The notes below the pieces were generated by a model. It had not been told where the DNA came from. It ran no database searches and saw only the letters and a list, made by a program, of their open reading frames with translations. DNA of 63,343 nucleotides, the filler included, from Octopus bimaculoides (lineage: Eukaryota), in the NCBI RefSeq assembly GCF_001194135.2. It is 5 parts of 5 records of this genome, joined end to end, with 100 filler letters (N's around TTAATTAATTAA, not from the genome) between each part and the next. Parts side by side here need not be neighbours in the genome. Positions count along the whole stretch, not along the records: positions 1 to 13,748 come from NC_068991.1; 4 more parts are not named here. One strand, given 5' to 3'. Made by a program: the position numbers and the translations under genes. Positions 1-12,698 of this stretch are shown one piece after another. How positions within the stretch are numbered: position 1 is the first letter of the stretch; each line of letters begins with the position of its first letter.

Positions 1-201
1 ACAATTATATATGTTTACATATACGTAGATTTGTACACATATACACACATATATATATACTTACAAACATACGTACATCCCTCCCCCACACAGGTATACG
101 TGTATACATACATACACACAGATACACTCATCCACACACATATATACCCATATACACACACACATATATATATATATACATATATATACATATATACATA
201 T

Positions 202-236
<35 letters not shown>

Positions 237-281
237 CATATATATATACATATATATATATATATACATACACACACACAT

Positions 282-319
<38 letters not shown>

Positions 320-327
320 TTATATAT

Positions 328-463
328 TGGCATTAGGAAGGCCATCCAGCTGTAGAAACCATGACAAATCTGACTGGATCCTGGTTCAGCTTGCCAGCTC
401 TGGTCAAACCATCCAACACACGCCAGCATGGGCAACAGACATTAAATAATGATTATGATGATG
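328..463 (+). mobile_element. RTE-type LINE/SINE 3' tail fragment
   Basis: TGGCATTAGGAAGGCCATCCAGCTGTAGAAACC...CCAACACACGCCAGCATGG then a (GAT)n-like tail; the same motif recurs at ~40.1, 51.0 and 57.0 kb. Confidence 0.6.
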
Positions 464-576
464 GTATCATCAGTGAATTATAAATCTGAAAGAGAAGCAC
501 ACTCTAAGATAGAGCAATAGAGTAATGGCCACCAATCATTAGGATCTGAAGAGATGCTTTAAAGCTAAGAGTGAGA

Positions 577-694
577 CCGGGTTCAGTCCCACAGTGTGGC
601 ACCTGGGCAAGTGTCTTCTACTATAGCCTCAGGTTGACCAAAGCCTTGTGAGTGGATTTAGTAGACGGAAACTGAAAGAAGCCTGTCGTATATA
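577..694 (+). mobile_element. tRNA-derived SINE family 1, partial
   Basis: GGTTCAGTCCCAC B-box region plus GGGCAAGTGTCTTCTACTATAGCC body shared by >10 copies in the window. Confidence 0.75.
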
Positions 695-1725
695 CTAGCA
701 GAGGCACCCGGCGTTGCCCGGGAATGAAATTGTTGCTTATATACTTGAATAAAAAAAAGCAAAATATGCTGTATAGAAATTTGAGGACATTCTGTAGATG
801 GACTCTCAGATGAATGATGGCTGGGTGCCTCTCATGAAAGGGAAAATTGAAGATGCGCCAAAAAGCCTCATTGGTACTGATGTGTCTTTTGTCACANNNN
901 NNNNNNNNNNNNNNNNNNNNNNNNNNNNNNNNNNNNNNNNNNNNNNNNNNNNNNNNNNNNNNNNNNNNNNNNNNNNNNNNNNNNNNNNNNNNNNNNNNNN
1001 NNNNNNNNNNNNNNNNNNNNNNNNNNNNNNNNNNNNNNNNNNNNNNNNNNNNNNNNNNNNNNNNNNNNNNNNNNNNNNNNNNNNNNNNNNNNNNNNNNNN
1101 NNNNNNNNNNNNNNNNNNNNNNNNNNNNNNNNNNNNNNNNNNNNNNNNNNNNNNNNNNNNNNNNNNNNNNNNNNNNNNNNNNNNNNNNNNNNNNNNNNNN
1201 NNNNNNNNNNNNNNNNNNNNNNNNNNNNNNNNNNNNNNNNNNNNNNNNNNNNNNNNNNNNNNNNNNNNNNNNNNNNNNNNNNNNNNNNNNNNNNNNNNNN
1301 NNNNNNNNNNNNNNNNNNNNNNNNNNNNNNNNNNNNNNNNNNNNNNNNNNNNNNNNNNNNNNNNNNNNNNNNNNNNNNNNNNNNNNNNNNNNNNNNNNNN
1401 NNNNNNNNNNNNNNNNNNNNNNNNNNNNNNNNNNNNNNNNNNNNNNNNNNNNNNNNNNNNNNNNNNNNNNNNNNNNNNNNNNNNNNNNNNNNNNNNNNNN
1501 NNNNNNNNNNNNNNNNNNNNNNNNNTTTAGGAGAGTGGGTTATATATCATTAGATATACACCTAACTTTCCTATATTAAATTAGAAGTGAACTGAATGCA
1601 GAAACTCCATTTTACGAAATTTAAAATGGGGATTAAATGAAAAAAATGATTTACGTGAATATCCTCACAAGAATAATTGAAATAAATGGCGATTGTGGAA
1701 CCCCCCACGCACGCACGCACGCATG

Positions 1726-1740
<15 letters not shown>
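695..1740 (-). mobile_element. Non-autonomous Helitron (3' end at left), spans a gap
   Basis: Minus strand ends CCCGGGCAACGCCGGG hairpin followed by CTAG (695-698); homologous to 39369-39700. Confidence 0.7.
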
Positions 1741-1757
<17 letters not shown>

Positions 1758-3052
1758 CAAACATTAGATGAAATGGACGTGTGTTTGTGTGTGACAGAGA
1801 GAGAGAGAGAGAGAGAGTGAGAGAGAGAGAGTGAGAGAGAGATAGAGAGTGAGAGAGAGAGGTTTGTTGTCATGTATATGTAAATGCATAAATATGCATA
1901 CATCTTTGTTGTGTGTGAGTGTGTGTGTGTGCGTGTGTATGAGAGAGAGAGAGAGAGAGAGAGAGAGTAAATACTACATACACACCGCTCTCTCACTCTG
2001 TCTCACGCACACATACATCCAAAAATGATGGATGCATATGACAACACAATCCTTTACTCACTCACACTGTGTCTCTTACAAACACACACATACATAAATG
2101 TGTACAAACATATTTACAAAGACACACGTGTGTATGCGCGTGCCTGTGTGTGTTGTGTGTGAGAGAGAGAGATAGAGAGGGGGTGAAAGAGAATATTGCG
2201 AAGAATGAATGAAATAAACATGAAATGAAAAAGTCGTATAAATAAAAGCTACTGTACGGAATGTTTAAATTTGTGGACTTAGTAAATATTTCGAACCTTT
2301 TAAAAGAAGTGAATCATAAATATGAAGAGCCTAACATTTATCCGAGGTCAAATTATTCATGCATCACAAGTATGGAAGCATTTGGTGATGTCGATTTCNN
2401 NNNNNNNNNNNNNNNNNNNNNNNNNNNNNNNNNNNNNNNNNNNNNNNNNNNNNNNNNNNNNNNNNNNNNNNNNNNNNNNNNNNNNNNNNNNNNNNNNNNN
2501 NNNNNNNNNNNNNNNNNNNNNNNNNNNNNNNNNNNNNNNNNNNNNNNNNNNNNNNNNNNNNNNNNNNNNNNNNNNNNNNNNNNNNNNNNNNNNNNNNNNN
2601 NNNNNNNNNNNNNNNNNNNNNNNNNNNNNNNNNNNNNNNNNNNNNNNNNNNNNNNNNNNNNNNNNNNNNNNNNNNNNNNNNNNNNNNNNNNNNNNNNNNN
2701 NNNNNNNNNNNNNNNNNNNNNNNNNNNNNNNNNNNNNNNNNNNNNNNNNNNNNNNNNNNNNNNNNNNNNNNNNNNNNNNNNNNNNNNNNNNNNNNNNNNN
2801 NNNNNNNNNNNNNNNNNNNNNNNNNNNNNNNNNNNNNNNNNNNNNNNNNNNNNNNNNNNNNNNNNNNNNNNNNNNNNNNNNNNNNNNNNNNNNNNNNNNN
2901 NNNNNNNNNNNNNNNNNNNNNNNNNNNNNNNNNNNNNNNNNNNNNNNNNNNNNNNNNNNNNNNNNNNNNNNNNNNNNNNNNNNNNNNNNNNNNNNNNNNN
3001 NNNNNNNNNNNNNNNNNNNNNNNNNNNNNNNNNNNNNNNNNNNNNNNNNNNN

Positions 3053-3085
<33 letters not shown>

Positions 3086-3194
3086 ATGTATGCGTGTGTG
3101 TGTGTATGTATGTATATATATATGTATGTATGTATGTATGTATATATATGTATTTGTTATTTGTATCTGTGTTTGTCCCTCCATCATTGCTTAA

Positions 3195-3563
3195 TAACTG
3201 ATGTTAGTGTCTTTACATCCCTGTCACTTAGTGGTTTGACAAAAAGAGAATGATAGAATAAATACTTGGATTACAAAGAATAAGTCCTGAGGTCAATATG
3301 TTCAACTAAAGGCAGTGCTCCAGCATGGCCACAGTCAAATGACTGAAACAAGTAAAAGAATAAAAGAATATATATATATATAGGTGCAGTGTAGCTGTGT
3401 GGTAAGAAGCTTGCTTCCCAACCTCATGGTTCCAGGTTCAATCTCACTACATGGCACCTTGGGCAAGCGTCTTCTACTATAGTCTTGGGCTGACCAAAGT
3501 TTTGGGATGTGAGTGGATTTGCTAGATGAAAACTGAAAGAAGCTCATCATATATATATATATA
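3195..3563 (+). mobile_element. Two adjacent SINE family 1 pieces (tail 3195-3372, head/body 3383-3563)
   Basis: Tail CTCCAGCATGGCCACAGTCAAATGACTGAAACAAGTAAAAGAATAAAAG; head GTAGCTGTGTGGTAAGAAGCTTGCTTCC. Confidence 0.7.
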
Positions 3564-3759
3564 NNNNNNNNNNNNNNNNNNNNNNNNNNNNNNNNNNNNN
3601 NNNNNNNNNNNNNNNNNNNNNNNNNNNNNNNNNNNNNNNNNNNNNNNNNNNNNNNNNNNNNNNNNNNNNNNNNNNNNNNNNNNTATATATAATGGAGAAA
3701 TTATACAAAATGTATAAGTGGATGATGAGTAAAACACCAGCACAGTTCCGATTACCTGT

Positions 3760-5150
3760 TATTATCTGTAGATTGCAGGAACTTCATAGTGGCGGTTGAG
3801 GTAACAGTATTAATAAAATAGATGAAAAAAATGATTTTATTTAGTACGACACATGTTTTGACTCATTCTGGGTCTCTTCAGGTACATAAATAAATTTTTA
3901 AAAATGTAAAGTCTTACTAGAGATTTGGTTTTACGTATCGCTAAATGTCCGTCAACTTTGGGAATGAGTAAAAAACAGGAAAGTTGAAACGCGAAAAATT
4001 CAAATATGAACATAAAAATTCTAGTTTAGAGAAAATGACATAATGAGCCATCGCTGTTGTAAAATACTTGATGAATTTAAAAAAGCCCAGGGAATAATCA
4101 TACAAGCTGACAAAACCAGTAATGTTTATATTGTTGACTTTAATCTCCTATAACAATCTGATACATCATGAACTATGTGGTAAATACAAACACACACAAG
4201 CAGATACACTCAGCACAATAAATAGAAAGGATTTAGAAATAGTAAATAACTTAAATAAACTCGATAGAACTGAACCTTATGCACCACGTAAACATCAAAT
4301 ACAACTAAAAGATCACAAGTCAAACTTCCATATCGTCCTCTCTCTTAGATTAATCTGCTACTCAAAATCTGATATTGGGAGGATAAGTAAGACAATAATA
4401 GATAGGATTATACCCTAAGGTCAATCTAGAAATACCCTAGCACTATGGTCCAAAACCAACAAGTAATTGGGTGGTTTAACCACTTAATAACAAGCAAACA
4501 CAGCAAATTCATTCAACTAGACATAGAGGGATATTATGCCAATATCAACCCTATCCTCTTAAACAAGGCTTTAATCTTTGCTAGAAATATTTCGGATCTT
4601 TCCAGAAAAGAAATTGACATAATATTAGCCGCACGATGAACCTTGGTAGATTTTGATAGCAATTTATGGAATAGATCTGACACTGCAAATGCATTTGACA
4701 TAGCTAAAGAATCATTTGATTCTGCAGAAGTAACTGACCTTGTAGGAATTACATCCTATCCCAGATACAATTATATATTCCAGGATTGAATGGAGGCCTA
4801 TACAGAGATGACACATTATTCTTCTCCATAAATGTAGCAAAGTACAGTGTGAAAAGTACAAAAAAATCTCCAAGTTTTTTTTAAATAATGGACTCTCCAT
4901 CACTATAATCAATGAATACCATAGAGTCAACTTTTTAGATGCTACTTTTGACTTGGATACTGGTCTACACGAACCGTTCCATAAATTGAATGAGAACTTA
5001 AAATACATCAATGTTGGATCTAATCATCCACCATCCATAATTAGGTGACTTGTTAACAACATCTCAGCTAGAATATCCAGGTTATCTGCAAATGAAAATA
5101 TATTCAACATACACACGCCTTATTATAACTCAGCCTTAGCAAAGGCCGGA
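3760..5150 (+). pseudogene. Penelope-like retroelement reverse transcriptase, degenerate and 3'-truncated
   Basis: Interrupted frames give KFIQLDIEGYYANI, SFDSAEVTDLVG, GGLYRDD, VNFLDATFDL and YINVGSNHPP, the PLE RT motif order. Confidence 0.8.
3844..3885 (-). ncRNA. Minimal type I hammerhead ribozyme motif (G12>A, probably inactive)
   Basis: Minus strand: gtac-CTGAAGA-gac[ccagaatga]gtc-AAAA-c[atgt]g-TC-gtac; stems I, II and III pair, but core GAAA reads AAAA. Confidence 0.65.
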
Positions 5151-5407
5151 TGGATCCACCAGTATGGATCTTGCCATCTAGATCCATACATCATCATCAT
5201 CATCATCGTTTAACGTCCGCTTAAATGATGATGATGATGATGTATGGATCTAGATGGCAAGATCATATGTCAAATACAGGGTATTCAAATATGGTTCCTC
5301 AAGTTCAAGTGTATTAAAAGTTGTGGGTGCCATGTGTATATCAAGTTATGTATGGTCTGGATTATAGTGCATAATTGTGTGTTTAGCTGCGTATTTCTGT
5401 ATGTGTA

Positions 5408-5454
<47 letters not shown>

Positions 5455-6009
5455 ATATACATATGTATGTATGTGTATATGTATGTGTATATGTGTGTGT
5501 ATGCACATATATGAGTACATGTGTGTGTATATGTATATATGTGTATAAGATATACATATGTCTACATCCCAATCGGCGTGCATATGCGTTTTTTTTAGGT
5601 GTATGTATATATTAATGTGAATTTGTGTAGACGAGTACACGGGCATATGCTTATATATATATATATATATATCTGTGTGTGTATGTGTATACGTAGGTAT
5701 GTGCATGTATATATTTACTTATTTGTATACACAAGTGTATTAACACATGTGCGTGTGTCAAACTTTGCACTGACGTCTGTATCTTGCTTTACATACGAAT
5801 ATATGCACTTATTTACCTATGCTATGTGCTTATATTTATGTATACATGCGCATGTGTGCCTGTATATATGAGTTCCTATACATGCGTGTATGTATGTATG
5901 TATTCGTTAATATGTGTGCATATGCACGTGTATCTAGTTGCACGTATATAATATATACCCATATACTGGGATGTGCATGTGCAAGCGAGTATGTATAAGT
6001 GCGTATATA

Positions 6010-6603
6010 TCTTAATATATAAAGCTGAAGTTGTGTGTCTGTGTGAAGCCTTTTTAAAAGTTTATAGAAATCCACATTTTCCACTTTTTCGTAAAACTTC
6101 TTACATCAATGGAATTTTCTCGATATGAACTTTTCAGGGCAGTAATTAGATTTTTAAATTCCGTTTACTTTGTGTGATTTAACTGTTGTTTCTAGCAACT
6201 TTTATATTTCTTCCCTTCTACCTGTACAGACAATCATTGACTACAATATAACTCATGTTCATCAATGTTTGGTAAATATACCACAATTTTCACTAGGGTG
6301 TTAGGATTAGGGTTTTATGGTCAGGGTTAGGGTTTTAGGGTTACGGTTAGGGTTAGGGTTTAGGGTTAGGATTAAGGTCAGTGTTACGGTTATGGTTTTA
6401 GGGTTAGGGTTAGGGTTTTAGGGTTAGGGTTAGGGTTTAGGGTTAGTTTTAGGGTTAGTGTTAGGGTTAGGATTAGGGTTAGGGTTTTAGGGTTAGGGTT
6501 GGGTAATCGTGCGGGTGTTAATCTAAAAAATTACAGAAATGTGAAAAGTACCGACCCTGCCATCTATTATAACTTTTGTTGTTCTGTTTAATATATACAT
6601 AGA
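6010..6603. mobile_element. Repeat element containing a degenerate TTAGGG array (6294-6502)
   Basis: ~210 bp of TTAGGG/TTTAGGG/TTACGG/TTATGG variants; ends TCTTAATATATAAAGCTGAA... and ...TTCTGTTTAATATATACATAGA are loosely inverted. Confidence 0.45.
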
Positions 6604-6915
6604 TTATGCCTCCAAAGAAGAGAGTTTGCTGGGGAAAGAAAGCAACCGGTTTAAAATGACAGCAACAGATTGCAGCAATTCACCACATTCCAGAAGCTAC
6701 TTTGAACTTAATGCAAAATGGTGCATCAACATCTTCTGCCCAATCTGATAGAATTCTGGCAAAACTGTGTAGCAACAGATTGCCAGCAATTGCTTCATCA
6801 GAAATTGCCATCCTAGCTCCTCCTAATAGGGATTACCCTGCTATGTATAATCAGGGCAGCGCAAAAAGTTGTTTTGCACAAGCATTTCTACAGCCAATTA
6901 GATAGATGAAATTAG

Positions 6916-6993
6916 GCGTAGGAGTGGCTGTGTGGTAAGTAGCTTGCTTACTAACCACATGGTTCTGGGTTCAGTCCCACTGCGTGGCACCTT
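6916..6993 (+). mobile_element. SINE family 1 head (truncated)
   Basis: GTGGCTGTGTGGTAAGTAGCTTGCTTACTAACCACATGGTTCTGGGTTCAGTCCCACTGCGTGGCACCTT. Confidence 0.7.
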
Positions 6994-7514
6994 ACGATAC
7001 TCCCTGAGAATTCATGGTATGAAATTTATAGTCATAGCTCTGATTTAGTCACCAATGCCACGTATTTAGTTTAAAATGCAATAAAAATAGGGGGAGCCTG
7101 TTGGGCCTCAATTAGGCAGGCCTGAAAAGAATAGAACCCCCTTAGGACAATCCCTGGGACTAGGGGAATTGTTGGTTTGAGTTTCGCTGTCCTTGCACCA
7201 ATGGCCTAAGAGGAGTTAATGAACATAAAAATGTAATAGACAGAGAAACATCACTCAAATTTATAATAGGATACACACACACACACACATCCATACATTA
7301 CATGGACAATATTTCCAATGAGATGTTACAACTGTATCTGATTCTTCAAGTGCTTCAATTCTGTGTGTATACACATATTTACTAGATTGCTGACATTTAA
7401 CAATGGTTTCTTCCTTTGTATTGATTCACCATTTTCTATCATTAATAAAATTGTTGGTATTTATGATGACACAGGTATGCTAGTATCACTCTCTCTCTCT
7501 CTCTCTCTCCCTCT

Positions 7515-7561
<47 letters not shown>

Positions 7562-7580
7562 GACATGCAGGAAGTAAATA

Positions 7581-8797
7581 GACACCTTTATTTTTCAAAA
7601 TTTCTGATCTAAGCATCTTAATGTTTTCAGCGGTATAGAATTTACAATGTAATTATTCTTTTCCATTCCAGGTGCCATTATATTTAACATTTGTGAAGAG
7701 TAACCATGCCACGAACCAGAAATTCAGCAGAACTGTCAGATTTTCAAAGAGGTCGTATTGTTGGGCAATCTGAGGCTGGTCTTAGCCAACAAAATATTGC
7801 CGAAAATCTTCAAATTCCTCTTGCTATTGTTAATAAAATTATAGTGCAATTCAGAAGCCAAGGAAAAGAATCAACAGATTCTCATCCCAGCCGACCTGGG
7901 CCCTCGGAAAGGAAGCTTTGCTGTTTGAAGAGAATTGTGGAAAATGAACCCCGTTCAAAGGCTTCTGACATTGCAAAACAGCTAGAAGTTAGTCCAAGAA
8001 TGTGTTACATATCTGCATAAGCTTGGGTATTATAGATGAGCAGCTAGAAGAAAACCCTCTCTTTCAACCAATTAATTTCATGAAAAGAAAGAAATGGGCT
8101 AAGGAGATGTCAGAAAAATCCAGTTCATTTTCGGATAGAGTAGTGATTTTCTCAGATGAATCCAGATTTACATTATTTTTAGACAGTGGATGTGTTTGGG
8201 TCTGGAGGCTTCCCAATCAAGAATTTGATTTGAAACAACTCCAACCAACTGTGAAACATGGTGATATCTCTGTAATGGTATGGAGATCTGTCACCAGCAA
8301 TGGTCACCCTGAGCTGATCGAATGTGTTGGAACTATAAACTCTGAAAAATACATCGAAATACTTAAGCAAGGACTATTACCGATGTATTCACACAATAAC
8401 ATGACGAAAAATGAGTTTTTATTCATGGAAGATGGGGCTCCATGCCACAAAGTGAAAAGGAATCAACAATGGCTGACTGAAAATGGGATCAAAAAGCTTC
8501 CTTGGCCAAGCCAATCTCCTGACATGAACCCAATTGAAAATCTTTGGAACATACTAGATAGAGCTATATGAAAAACTCAAGAGAAACCTAAATATAAAGA
8601 TGAATTGTTTCAACTGTTGCATGAAAAGTGGGCTTAAATTCCACAATAGACAATCACAATGCCAAAAAGAGTTTCTGAAATTAAAAACTGCAAAGGGAAT
8701 GTCAACTAAATATTAAAGTATGTAGTCCTGCCTATCAATTACATTTCAATTGTTCACTTTGCGTATTAAATAAAAGATTTTGAAAATTAAAGGTATC
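7581..8797 (+). mobile_element. Tc1 DNA transposon, full length, transposase disrupted
   Basis: TA-flanked TIRs GACACCTTTATTTTTCAAAAT / ATTTTGAAAATTAAAGGTATC; internal transposase. Confidence 0.9.
7706..8710 (+). pseudogene. Tc1 DD34E transposase (frameshifts and stops)
   Basis: N-terminal HTH ([12 protein letters not shown]), FSDESRF, VMVW, FMEDGAPCH and WPSQSPDMNPIENLW; 34 residues between the second D and the E. Confidence 0.9.
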
Positions 8798-9789
8798 TAT
8801 TTACTTCCTTCATATCTGTGTGTGTGTATCTCTCTCTCTCTCTCTNNNNNNNNNNNNNNNNNNNNNNNNNNNNNNNNNNNNNNNNNNNNNNNNNNNNNNN
8901 NNNNNNNNNNNNNNNNNNNNNNNNNNNNNNNNNNNNNNNNNNNNNNNNNNNNNNNNNNNNNNNNNNNNNNNNNNNNNNNNNNNNNNNNNNNNNNNNNNNN
9001 NNNNNNNNNNNNNNNNNNNNNNNNNNNNNNNNNNNNNNNNNNNNNNNNNNNNNNNNNNNNNNNNNNNNNNNNNNNNNNNNNNNNNNNNNNNNNNNNNNNN
9101 NNNNNNNNNNNNNNNNNNNNNNNNNNNNNNNNNNNNNNNNNNNNNNNNNNNNNNNNNNNNNNNNNNNNNNNNNNNNNNNNNNNNNNNNNNNNNNNNNNNN
9201 NNNNNNNNNNNNNNNNNNNNNNNNNNNNNNNNNNNNNNNNNNNNNNNNNNNNNNNNNNNNNNNNNNNNNNNNNNNNNNNNNNNNNNNNNNNNNNNNNNNN
9301 NNNNNNNNNNNNNNNNNNNNNNNNNNNNNNNNNNNNNNNNNNNNNNNNNNNNNNNNNNNNNNNNNNNNNNNNNNNNNNNNNNNNNNNNNNNNNNNNNNNN
9401 NNNNNNNNNNNNNNNNNNNNNNNNNNNNNNNNNNNNNNNNNNNNNNNNNNNNNNNNNNNNNNNNNNNNNNNNNNNNNNNNNNNNNNNNNNNNNNNNNNNN
9501 NNNNNNNNNNNNNNNNNNNNNNNNNNNNNNNNNNNNNNNNNNNNNNNNNNNNNNNNNNNNNNNNNNNNNNNNNNNNNNNNNNNNNNNNNNNNNNNNNNNN
9601 NNNNNNNNNNNNNNNNNNNNNNNNNNNNNNNNNNNNNNNNNNNNNNNNNNNNNNNNNNNNNNNNNNNNNNNNNNNNNNNNNNNNNNNNNNNNNNNNNNNN
9701 NNNNNNNNNNNNNNNNNNNNNNNNNNNNNNNNNNNTATATATATATATATACATATTACATTTATATATTCATTTTGCAAGATTCTTGA

Positions 9790-12300
9790 TGTGAATTCAT
9801 GTGTTGAAACAGATATTGTTGTATTTGGGGATGGTCATGTTGCCAGTTTAGCCAATAAAAACACACACAATATATTTATTCACTTGCTTCAGCTTTATTT
9901 TATAATAATTGTATTTCAGCCAGAGTTCTTTCATCACACTTCTGTGACCTCGTCAGTGGTCCTTTGCTTTCTTCTTTCTTTTTGTGTCTCTCCTTACTAA
10001 TGATCTGATCTGTCATTTTGTATTCCTGTTGTATGTGTCTTTATTTGCGCATGTGTATATTCCTGTGTGTGACTATGTTTAGTAAGTGGGGAGGAATGTG
10101 CCTGCATTATCAGTATCCCCTATTTATACACGTTTGATTAATTTACTTTTATTTATTTTATTCATTTGTTTATATCTACTTACTTTTTCTTTTCTTTCTT
10201 TTTTTTGTATTTAATTTTAATGAGCACACAGAACATATAGACCCTAAGATCATAGTTTGTCAAATAGAAACCTCAACAAGAATGAGATGAATCTCCTATT
10301 GAAAGTTTTCAAATTTACCCTGACACCCACCCCTAATCTCAAGCTGATATTGAGCATTTTAACCATCACCTCTGACTTACAGAATTTTTTGGCAATAAGA
10401 ATATAAATGACAAATCAATTGACAGAAATAAATTCCACTTCACCCCCTACAAATGAAATGCATATATAGACACAATTTCGAAATTTCCTCTAAGTACTTG
10501 TAAATGCAAACAGAACCTTCATGAAGAAGAAAAGGAAGCCTTACTAACACTGAACAATGACAATTCAATCATCCTAAAAGAAACTGATAAGGGATGGAGC
10601 AATAGTAATTATGGACAAAGTCTACTATAAAGATAAAACGTTAGAAATTCTGACAGATGAAACCTACTATAAGGAAGAACCAAGAAACCTGGAAAAGGTA
10701 ATAATGAATACAATCAAAACACTAATTAATGAATACCAAGATTCTTTCATAGACACAGAGAATGATTATTTATGCAAATTTGTAATCGAAGAGAGCAACT
10801 TCTATGGATTACCCAAGATTCACAAAAGCTCTGAAATACAGAACCATAAATAAACAGAAGAACCAATACATAAAAATACTAAGACCTACTGACCTCAAAT
10901 TGAGACCAATAGTTGCTGGACCTCAATCCCCAACACAACAACTGAGTCATCTTTTGTATATATTCCTCAAACCATTAGGCATGGATTTCCTCAAGCACAT
11001 TCTACCCACTTTCTCAGAAGGTACTATACTTACAAGCTTTGCTGTCACTAATCTTTATACCAACATACCTCACACTTTGGGGCTGGAAGCTGTCAAACAC
11101 TGGTAGAACACTGGGTAGAAAAACATAGAGGACGGATAAATGAATATTTCAAAACTGACTTCATTACCAAGGCCACAAGCTTGTTACTAGAAGAAAACAC
11201 CTTAAGATTCGATAATAAAATATATCAACAACCAGTGGCAATGAATTACTATTGCTGGATATTCACATAAAAATACACAACACCACAGTTATAACAGATA
11301 TATCTTTAAAAAAAACGGACATGTACCAATATTTGAATTTCTACTCTTGCCATTCTTCACACATCAAAAGGAACATCTCATACAGTGTGGCAAGATGTAT
11401 TTGTACTATAATAATTGACCCCAAAATATGTCAAATCTGACTTAATGAGCTCGAAGGCTTCATAACAAAACCAAGATGCCCCTTAGAATTAATAAATGAT
11501 GGAATTAAAAAGGCAATGAAACTGAATATCACAAAGGAAAAAAATAATGAACACAAAATTCCATTTATCAATACACACAATCCTCAAGTAACCAACATTT
11601 TTTACATCATAAAATCAAACCTACCAATACTTCTATGAAGCCCCAAAATGAAAGATCTTATTGATGGAAACCTCTTATGAAACAGTAGATATCTACCAAA
11701 AAATCTCAAAAAACACTTCACAAGGGCAAAATTCACATCAGAGAATGAATCAAAATTTTCCATAAAAGAATGTGGAACATGCAACAACAACAGTTTCAAA
11801 TACATAGAAAGTGGTTCCTACATAAATTTAATCTCATATACTGCATTACTTGCCCCACCTGCAAGGAAAGTTATATTTGTAAAACAAACAATTCCCTTTG
11901 CGAACGTGCAAGAATCCACAGACAACACATCCGATAAGAGGAACTATGAAAGATTCCACTGAGCAAGCATCTAGAAATATGCAGTGAAGAAGAATTCAAA
12001 ATCTTCCCCTTCTACAAATGTTCAAGAGATGATTCAAAATTCCGAAAGGCAATGGAGCTACACTTCATCAAATAATTCTCTCCAAAATTAAATGCTTGAA
12101 AGAGAAGCAGAGGAACTGCATCTTGTCAAAAAGATTGGAAAGAGAAACAGAGACAATATGCATGAACACCCCTTCAAATAAAACAAACTATAAACACTAC
12201 ATGGTTAGCTCACACAGACGCTGTGCCCAGCAAATATGATTGGGGAGAAATAATGTAAATGAATGCTCTAATATTCACACACCATGTAAGATGACATCAA
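9790..12300 (+). pseudogene. Penelope-like element (RT plus C-terminal GIY-YIG), degenerate
   Basis: DKG..IVIMDK, YGLPKIHK, LRPIVAG, TNLYTNIP, MYQYLNFYSCH, CPTCKESYI and FKIFPFY motifs in broken frames. Confidence 0.85.
9920..9959 (-). ncRNA. Minimal hammerhead ribozyme motif at the 5' end of the PLE
   Basis: Minus strand: cca-CTGACGA-g-gtcac[agaagt]gtgat-GAAA-gaac-TC-tgg; stems I and II pair, stem III is vestigial. Confidence 0.6.
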
Positions 12301-12698
12301 TGTATGCCAGATGGTTTTGGTATCTGTCAAGAGAGCTTCTTCATGGCCATTTTATTACATTTTTCTTTTGTTTTTTTTATTAATAGCAATGATGATGGAT
12401 GAAGAGAAAACACTTATATTACACTGTTACTGTTGTTTCTGAATGTGGTTCCAATGTTAATAACATGATACTCACCTCTATTTATACCAACAAAATAAAT
12501 GGCCAGATTATATGTATAACATCAGGATTTTGGCAACTATTGTTTTTATAGACTCACATTACTTACATGTATCCAAAAAATACTAGAGCCATTTTACCAC
12601 TGATTAAGAAGGATATCTAATGTAACTACTACGCAAAGTCATTCGTGTAAAAATATCTCTTTTGAATTATTTTATCCAAGCAAGCAAGAAAAATAAAC

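Noticed and set aside
15-336. ORFs rich in YI/HT/CV dipeptides here and at 5.2-6.0, 16.8, 23.4, 41.1-41.9, 51.7 and 55.1 kb
   Set aside because: These are translations of (AT)n/(CA)n microsatellites and low-complexity DNA.
798-1553. Long ORFs containing X runs (also 2.3-3.2, 8.8-10, 19.1-19.7, 31.6-32.5, 36.4-37.4 and 58.2-59.2 kb)
   Set aside because: They are open only because of N gaps.
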